A DNA stretch of 64,000 nt. It comes from Felis catus (lineage: Eukaryota). Of the stretch, positions 52,631 through 64,000 are shown in pieces. Below the pieces are notes generated by a model. The model did not search any database. It was given only the letters and a program-made list of their open reading frames with translations, and was not told the origin of the DNA. Position numbers and translations under genes: made by a program. The first letter of the stretch is position 1. Every line of letters begins with the position of its first letter. The DNA is taken from the NCBI RefSeq assembly GCF_018350175.1, contig NC_058383.1:5396001-5460000 (forward strand), in the 5' to 3' direction.

Positions 52631-55600
52631 CCGTCCTGCCTCTGTAATAGCTCTCTCGGCAAAACCAACGCAGAACGCTCTTTTTGGGTTTCCCCTTTCT
52701 TTGTCAAAGCGAAAGCGACTTTGGCTTTCTTTCACTTAGTGAAACCACGTACTAATGCAGGTCTTATTGTAAAAGGGAGGCGGTGTAACTTGAACTTTTG
52801 AGGAGCAGGAACTACCTGTATAGGCCTGTCTCTTCTCCAGGTGCTAGCGAGAGCCGGTTAAACAGTCTCTGTAAGGCGACTGCCTCCGTGGATGCTGAAG
52901 TTTGGAGTCTGCAGCCAGGAAGCTGGGTAGGGAGAATGGGGGAGAGCGAGGACAAGCTGGCCCCCGAGAGAACAGACTGGAACTTGCATCAGTCTCTCCC
53001 TGCCTCCGGCTCTGATGCCCGCAGGGGCTCCTCCAGGAAAAGCTGGTAAAGTTTGTCACAGCAGGAAAGACACACCCGGAGCTGGGAGCTAAAGGAAGAC
53101 CCCACACCACGGAGAGGAGCCAGCGGATAAATGACCACCCGTGCTGACTTCTGGAGCCTAAAGACCATGGCTGCCTCTTCGCTTGAAAAAGCGAGGGAGG
53201 GGGGAGGCGCACAGGCGGATCATGTTGTCGCGTATTCCCATCTTCATGTTTGAAATATTTCACAATTTAAAAATAATTTAAGGATGTGAATCCATTTATT
53301 TACCTTCATTGTAGCACTCCTAGGGATTAAGCATCTGCTCCTTACCGGGAAAAGCGGGCTCTTTTTGAAGCCAGTTTAAACCTCATGTAAGAAGAGTAAT
53401 CCTCCCGGTGACTAAGTTAACAGGCCAGGTGGACACGAGCCTGGCGATTCCAATTTCATCGGTTGTCTTAAGTGTTTGCAAAGTAATACTATGCCTTCAC
53501 ATTAGCAGGAGAGATATAAGATAGGTTTTTGCTTGAAAATGGATTCCCGAGTACTCATTACACAAAAGCAAACTGCATCATCACACAGAATGAACTCTGT
53601 GCTTTGCAAACCTGAATGAACAGACGATGCCTTCACATCCTTGCTGTTTTCCTATGCTTTGTTTCTGAGCTGGGGATAACTTTGGTGAAAACCTGTATAC
53701 TTAAAAATTAATATATTTTGTAATGTCCAGACGCTGCAGCAAAACACCCAATCATCTTTGAAGTGTTTTGGCAATTCTTATTGTTAGCCTCAACAATTAA
53801 GCACATTCAGGGGACTGGCTTTCAGATCATGTTCCATTAAATGATAAACTACGCCACCAAACTGTAAGTCAAAATTACAGTTAAAAGTAGTCCAGGGGCG
53901 CCTGGGTGGCGCAGTCGGTTAAGCGTCCGACTTCAGCCAGGTCACGATCTCGCGGTCCGTGAGTTCGAGCCCCACGTCAGGCTCTGGGCTGATGGCTTGG
54001 AGCCTGGAGCCTGTTTCCGATTCTGTGTCTCCCTCTCTGTCTGCCCCTTCCCCGTTCATGCTCTGTCTCTCTCTGTCCCAAAAATAAATAAACGTTGAAA
54101 AAAAAATTAAAAAAAAAAAAGTAGTCCAAATTAGGGGCACCTGGGCGGCTCAGTCAGTTGGGTGACTGCCTTTGGCCATCTGGAGGTTCGTGAGTTCAAG
54201 CCCCGCCATCAGGCTCTGTGCTGACAGCTCGGAGCCTGGAGCCTGCTTCGGATTCTGTCTCCCTCTCTCTCTGCCCCTCCCCCACTCATGCTCTGTCTCT
54301 GTCTCTCAAAAATGAGTAAACATTAAAAAAAAAATAGTCCAAATTAAAACCACTTTCGCAGCCCTGTTTTAGAAGCAATTAGGAAAAACAGTCTTCTGTA
54401 ACCTATCATGCACTCATTTCAAAGTCGAAATACATCATCCTACTACTCTCTTGAGGTAGGTTGGTGGTCCTCTGCAAATGAGTTAAAAATCGAGAAAGCA
54501 AGCACAAAAAAAAAGTTTTTTACGTACTTGTCAATTTCTTTTCTGGATTGTTACAATTTTAGGATTTTTTTTCCACTTTTGATTTGACTCCGGGTATGCT
54601 ATATTTAAAATCTTTCCTCAGTATGTAAAAATACAAACGAGTCCAAAGGAATGAGTAGAAATTTCAGGAACAGAATAGTATGCAGGGCTTTCATTCATTC
54701 GCGTGTGGGGTACATCTTTGGCGTGAAAGTTTTTTAAAATCAAAATTTGTTACTTTGGCTCAGTGACAAAAATTGGGTGAATTCTACATCTGTTTTTCAT
54801 TTCTCTAGTTACTATGCTCCGTTTCTTAAAAGGCTTCAGTCTTATCGCATTGTTGTATAATCCTTCCAGCTGGAGATAACCAGTGTTAACATTTTGCTAT
54901 GTACCGTTTCTCTCTTCTTTGGTGAGGTGCATATTAAATATGACTCATTTTAAAATGAATTGCTTTGGGGGTGCCTGGTGGCTCAGTCAGTTGGGCATCT
55001 GACTTCGGCTCGGGTCATGATCTCACAGTTTGTGGGTTCGAGCCCCGCATCAGGCTCCGTGCTGACAGCTTAGAGCCTGGAGCCTGCTTCCGATTCTGTG
55101 TCTCTCTGTTTCCCTCTCTCTCTGCCTCTCGCTCTCTCTCTCTCTCTCTCTCAAAAATAAATAAAAATTAAAAAAAAATTTTAACTCAGAAAATAAAAAT
55201 CACTAATTAACAAATACATTCAAATGCCCAGACTTGTTACCTGAATTCAGAGATGGAGTTCCTCCTCCCAACAATGTAATTAATCAAAATCCAAACAACA
55301 TAATTAAAAATTGATATGAGTAAAGACAAGATTGTTTTATTTAAGCATACCACCCAACACTTTTTGGTTGTTAAATACAGCGAGATGGCTCCTTATGATT
55401 GCTACTTACTATCTATTTGATGGTGACTCTGAAATTAAGCTCCTAAAACTGAGTTGGAACAAGGGAAGAGCACTGTATCTGCATTGGGCAAGCATAATTG
55501 GACTTGTCACTTTGAAACAGTTGAATGAATAAAATTCATGAATAACCAACCATAATTCTATCCGTGGAAAATGTGTGGCAATGTGGCAATTTTCCTTCCG

Positions 55601-57277
55601 TAGACATCCGTCTTCTGAGGATCTTCCCCAAGGCAGGATATCATCATGACCCAGTGCACAGTGGCCCCTGGGTGCTCCATATAACCCCTCCAGTCATTAT
55701 CCCTAGACAGACGCCCTCCTGAGGGAGAGAAAAGAAATAAGAGAAACCCAGGATCTTCACCTAGATTAGGGCGATGTTGCCTTCGCAGCTCCAGTGGGTG
55801 ATGGATTGCTTAGTCAGCTAATAGCTCATAACCTTTATTTTAAAGCATCGTCATGTACCTGGCTTCTCGGAGGCGTATGGTGGCCAGAGCCTCCTGGAAG
55901 AGTGTCGCAGGCTCACTCTGAGGCATTTAGAGTTGTAGCTGGGATAGAGAACCATTAGCTGGGAACGGTTAATGGAGCCAAGTGAAATAAAAGAAGGTGC
56001 CGCATGGAGAAGAAGGCACCATGTGGATCGTTTGAAGAATCAAAGCTCCGAGGTTTATCAGTATTGGTCGAAAAGGCCCTCTTGATGTCTCTCTTTTGAG
56101 CGATTCCCCGATGCACCTGGGAGACATTTGCACACACGGAGGGGAAGCTGAGGTGGGGAGAGCCTCACCCGTCAGATTCCTGCCAGGAAGGCTGGGGCGT
56201 GAAGAGGGAACAGGAGTGCCATTTAAGGGCTTTGGCCCTCAAGATACCACCTCTAATATTCCTTGATTGTTTTTCCAATTGATGCACTTTGAAATCTCTG
56301 ATGTTCCCTTTAGCCTCAGTCTAACGCAGCCCTATAGAAATCACGTGCTTGTGCCGGTTGAATTTTTTTCCGAATGCATATGAAAATAAATACGTAGTTA
56401 TGAAAATACGAATGTTGATCCCTGGCCCCCTCAAGTCACCTAGAGGCCCCCTCATAGACACCTCACACTTTGAAAAGCTGCCCTAACGCGGCCCTTGAAA
56501 AAACGGATTCAGAACTCGCTAAGCTGCGAGGTGTGATGGAAGCAATCCAGGAGAGCCCAGGGCCTCATGAGCTTGGGGGGTGCAGTGAAAAGTGGGAGCC
56601 TTTCAGCAGACTCCCAGGAAAACGCCTCAGCTCCCCCCGTCTTGAAGTCCTCAGCTCCCAGGGTCAGCCAGGAAAGTAGTGACTGCCAAAGACAAGGAGC
56701 AGGTGGCAGGGGGCTGGGTCAGAGCGGGCGGGTCTCAGATACCTTGCTTTTCTAAGAACAAACAACCAGACGAAGGCAGGCTGGAAAACGGGTCTGCTTG
56801 TGCCCACCGGCTCAGCAAGTCTCCTTGGCTTTGGGGCCACTGCAGTCGCACAACGGTTTTCTGTCCTGTCCCATTTGCTTTTAAGGCTGTCTTATGGTGA
56901 TCTAACACCCGGCAGCAGAAAACACATAAGCAAGAGTGATTTTACGCTCTTTACAAATCTCTTCATATTAATTTCAGACTCTGATAACTCCCTGACCCAA
57001 ATCCTGCCCTGACAGTGCCATTTGTGACTCCACCCCCCACCCCCCCCACCCCGCCACCCAACCTGTTTTCTCTGATGGCTGGTACACTCCATTGTGACTT
57101 GCTGAGGGCTTGATGGGACCAGAAATCTTTCTAAAAGCCTCGGTCCCCAGATTGTTTTCATCCCCCTACCTTGCTGAGAAAAAACAAAAAAATAAAACAA
57201 AACAAAAACAAACAAACAAAAAAACCCACCACACACACACACACACCCACACATCAGCAGATGATGAGAAACGTATC

Positions 57278-57283
57278 TTTATT
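57278..57283 (-). terminator. Polyadenylation signal of OCM
   Basis: AATAAA on -, about 235 nt after the stop codon, followed by a (GT)n and T-rich downstream element. Confidence 0.75.
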
Positions 57284-57516
57284 GGGTGAATTTTAAAGGC
57301 ATCGTCTGCCAAGGGCCTTACAGGAGTCATCAGGGCGTACTGACCACCGAAAATTCACGAGTGACTGCCTTGTTACCTCGCTAAAACAGGGGGCAAATTG
57401 GAGAAGCACATCCGGGGGAATGAATACATAAATTAGGGGCAGGTAGTGGGTTTCCCATTTCCAGGGGCTTTGGAGGCCTTCTGGCTGATTGTCTCTATCT
57501 CCACAGCCTGCGGCTT

Positions 57517-60875
<3,359 letters not shown>

Positions 60876-61505
60876 TTTCCACCTGTTCACACAGAACACA
60901 CGAGATGTGGTAAATGGCAAGCGGGAACACGCACGTCCAGGAGCACGACCCCTTCCCAGGCCCCTGAAACTGTCTTTGTGGGGAAGGTTTAAAATGTGAT
61001 AAGCGTGCTGTTGTATTAAGTGATGGGACAGAACACCCCCATAAAAACCATAAGCGGGAAGGATCCCAGCCCCCTGTGTCTCCGTGCCTTCTCCTGAATG
61101 TTCTTCAAAGACAAAATTTTAAAAAACACAACTTAAAGCGTGACTCGATCCCGTTTTCTTGTAAAAACTGTATTTGCACAATCAACCATTCATGTAGCCG
61201 TCTACAAAACGTTCAGAAGTAAATCACGTTACAAAGGCAGTGGCAGTTTCCTAGACCAGCCTGAAAACACAGTGCTACCAATTCCTCTCACAGCTTGGCC
61301 TCCTTGGAGACCTTTGGTGGAAAAGATGCTATCTATCCCGAAGGATGCGAATCAGAGTCACGAAAAAGCCAACTGCCAGAGGTCAAAATCCTTCCAGGAG
61401 TCAAGCCCACGGGGAAAGAGACGTCTGAGCACAGCCCGCACCAGCCTGATAGGAACGCATTAGGAAAGAAAAGTGTGGGGTCTCGAGGGTCCACCAGCTA
61501 CTTAC

Positions 61506-61599
61506 CGTTTTAGACTTTCCCCCAAGAAGAATCAGGGAAAAGAGTCGAAGGAGCAAAAAACAGATGTGCTTTTGCTGCCTTACTGACCTATCTTATATA
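61506..61599 (-). promoter_or_regulatory. Predicted OCM TATA box and non-coding exon 1 (about 61567->61506)
   Basis: TATATAA on - at 61599-61593. Strong donor CG|GTAAGT at 61506/61505. The ATG exon has its own acceptor, so an upstream exon is expected. Confidence 0.65.
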
Positions 61600-62524
61600 G
61601 GATTGAAAAAGTGATAGTAAGAACCTCTTAGATTTCCTTTTCAAGGATCAAGTAGACGTAGCTCAAATGTCTTGCCTTACTAATTAAACCTCTTTTTTTT
61701 TTCTATTTATATCACAAGGGAATGTGGGTGGGAACAGCCAATACTGAAGAACAAACCTCAACAAACCTTAACTAGGGTTTCAGTTCTGCAAACGAACCCC
61801 ACGGGCGGTGTGGAGAAGACACCAGAAGCCTGGCAAAGAAGACAGAGTGGCTGAAACGAGGTGAACGCAAACGGAGGCGCTCTGTAAACTGGAAAGGGCT
61901 CCCCAGGTGACAGTGGCTGCCGTTTGAGGCAGGTCTGCTCTTAACCTCTGAGGCTGTGGACGTGCGAGGCTGACTTCGGTCCAGGGTTGACCCCAAGTCA
62001 GGGTCAGACGGACACAGTAGACTCGTCCATCACAGCAAATGGCACTGGATGGACGACTTTCCAAAGAAGTCTTGACTCTGATATTTCCCAGCTCTCTCCT
62101 ACATCACACACACGAAAAAGGCAACATGGAGGAAAGCACCCAACCATTCCCAAACCCCAGACCTAAAATTGCAGGAAAAACGGGGCATTTGAGACCTCCC
62201 TCAAGGTTTTTTTGCTTTTGGGTTTGTTTTTTTTTTAATGTTTATTTTATTTTTGAGAGAGAGGGACAGAGCATGAGCAGGGGAGGGGCAGAGAGAGAGA
62301 GGGAGACACAGAATCCTAAGCTGGCTCCAGGCTCCGAGCTGTCAGCACAGAGCCTGACGTGGGGCTCGAACTCATGAACCGTGAGATCGTGGCCTGAGCC
62401 AAAGTCGGACACTCGGCCGACTGAGCCACCCAGGCGCCCCTGCTTTTTGTTTTTTGTTTGTTTTTTTTGTTTTTAGCATTTGGCAAATATTTGTTGAATC
62501 CCTACGTAGCCAGCACTGTGTTAG

Positions 62525-62900
62525 ACTCTTTTCTTTAATCGTGGTAAAAAATACGTAATATAATATTTGCCCTTTGAGCTGTTTTTAAGGATACGTACGG
62601 TAGTGTTAACTATATGCTCATGGTTGTACAAGAGATCTCTAGAACTTTTTCCTCCTGTAAAACTGACCTCTATGCCCATTGAACAAGAAGTCCCCCTTCC
62701 CCCTCCCAACACCCTGGCAACCACCGTTCTCCTTCCTGTCTCTGGGAGTTAGACTACTTTAGACACCTCTTGTAAGTGGGATCTTGCCTCATTTGTCTTT
62801 TTGTGACTGGCTTATTTCCTTAGCATAATATCCTCAAGTTTCATCCATGGGTTCATCCCTGTAGTGACATATGACAGGATTTCCTTATGTTTTAAGGCTG
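62525..62900 (-). mobile_element. Old L1 (L1MA/MB-type) 3' end
   Basis: ccctggcaaccaccgttctccttcctgtctct ... tgtgactggcttatttccttagcataatatcctcaagtttcatccatg. Confidence 0.75.
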
Positions 62901-64000
62901 AATTCAAATTAAAAAAAAATTTTTTTTAACATGTATTCATTTTGGAGAACAGAGAGAGACAGAGTGCGAGCGGGGGAGGGGCCGAGAGAGAGGGAGACAC
63001 AGAATCCGAAGCAGGCTCCAGGCTCCGAGCTGTCAGCACAGAGCCCGAGGTGGGGCTCGAACCCACAAACTGTGAGATCGTGATCTGAGCCTAAGTTGGG
63101 CACTCAACCGACTGAGCCACCCAGGCGCCCCTGAATTCAAGTTTTTTTAAAGTCAAAAACCAATCCCATGTTGCAATCAGAAATAGTCAGTGGCTTCGAA
63201 GAAGACAATTCAGGATCGTTAGACTCTTCCCTGGGAAATACCGTCAGGATAGTCACCTTTAGTTTGTCCCAAAATATACCCCCCTACGTACTCCCAGCAT
63301 TGCTGGTGTCGTCAATGAGAACTTTCTCTCAGGAACACCCACAGCATTTCTTAAATTACCAAACATCAAGTCGGCACTATTTCTGTCTTGCCCACATGAT
63401 ATGCCCCAATGCCTGGTACAGTCCCTGACCTAGTTAGGTGCTCAGTAATTATTTGATGAATGGATAAATGAAATCGGCAAAAAAGAGCTTGAAACCAGGA
63501 TTACCAGCCAGCATCAACTTGCCCAGCCCTAAGAAAGCAGTTTCTGAAAATCAGTCTCAAGAATGTAGGTTGCTGACACTAAGTTGCCATAGAAACTCGC
63601 TGAGTCGTTTCTTTCCGTGGAAGGGCTTACAATTGTCCATAGAGATAAAAAAACATTTTAAAAAATCTTCCCACTTAAATGAAAATAGCATATAGGTTAA
63701 ACCAAGACACTTTAGATTTTCTTGCTACTTTTCTGATAGGGAGTAAAGATAAGAAAGACCCAGTAAACATATCCTCTGAATCAACGAGGCAGCCATGATT
63801 ATATGTGAATTCCAGTGTGTGCCATCTGGGGGTCAAAACGTTGGTTCATGCAAAAGAACAAATATTGTATGGCTCCCTTTTTATGAAGCCCTCGAGTCAT
63901 TAAATACACAGGGACAGAAAGAATGGTGGGTACCAGAGAGTGAGGGAGAGGGGAGAGGGGGTAGATGTTTAATGGGGGCAGAGTTTTGGGGCACCTGGGT

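Noticed and set aside
53612..53692. AG/GT-bounded 81-nt - strand segment with faint similarity to the third OCM coding exon (possible parvalbumin relic)
   Set aside because: Only two short patches match, a large gap is needed, there is no EF-hand loop and no companion exons; compatible with chance.

Overview
Mammalian genomic DNA, almost certainly a felid, judging from about 45 tRNA-derived CAN-SINEs of the SINEC_Fc type and feline-type L1 3' ends. The window holds three protein-coding genes. On the + strand are the last two coding exons of RSPH10B (8090-9296). On the - strand is a complete 15-exon CCZ1 gene (CDS 46241->12514, 1449 nt, 482 aa, all introns GT-AG) with a CpG-island promoter. 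Also on the - strand is a complete oncomodulin gene OCM (CDS 60875->57517, 109 aa, both EF-hands intact) with a predicted TATA promoter and a non-coding first exon. The rest is SINEs, nested L1s, MIRs, MER33, MER58A and a MER21-type LTR. I found no evidence for a new biological system, and almost all ORFs in the supplied track are repeat-derived or spurious. The best second-look items are a tailless U2 snRNA retrocopy with an 18-bp TSD, a perfect G4C2-type repeat encoding Gly-Ala just after the CCZ1 start codon, inverted young SINEs flanking the in-frame CCZ1 exon 4-6 block, a SINE whose TSD duplicated a candidate branch point, a three-layer nested L1, and a probable old local duplication showing filled and empty L1 sites. 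Gene and repeat names rest on my recollection of known sequences, not on database searches. Repeat boundaries without a TSD are approximate.
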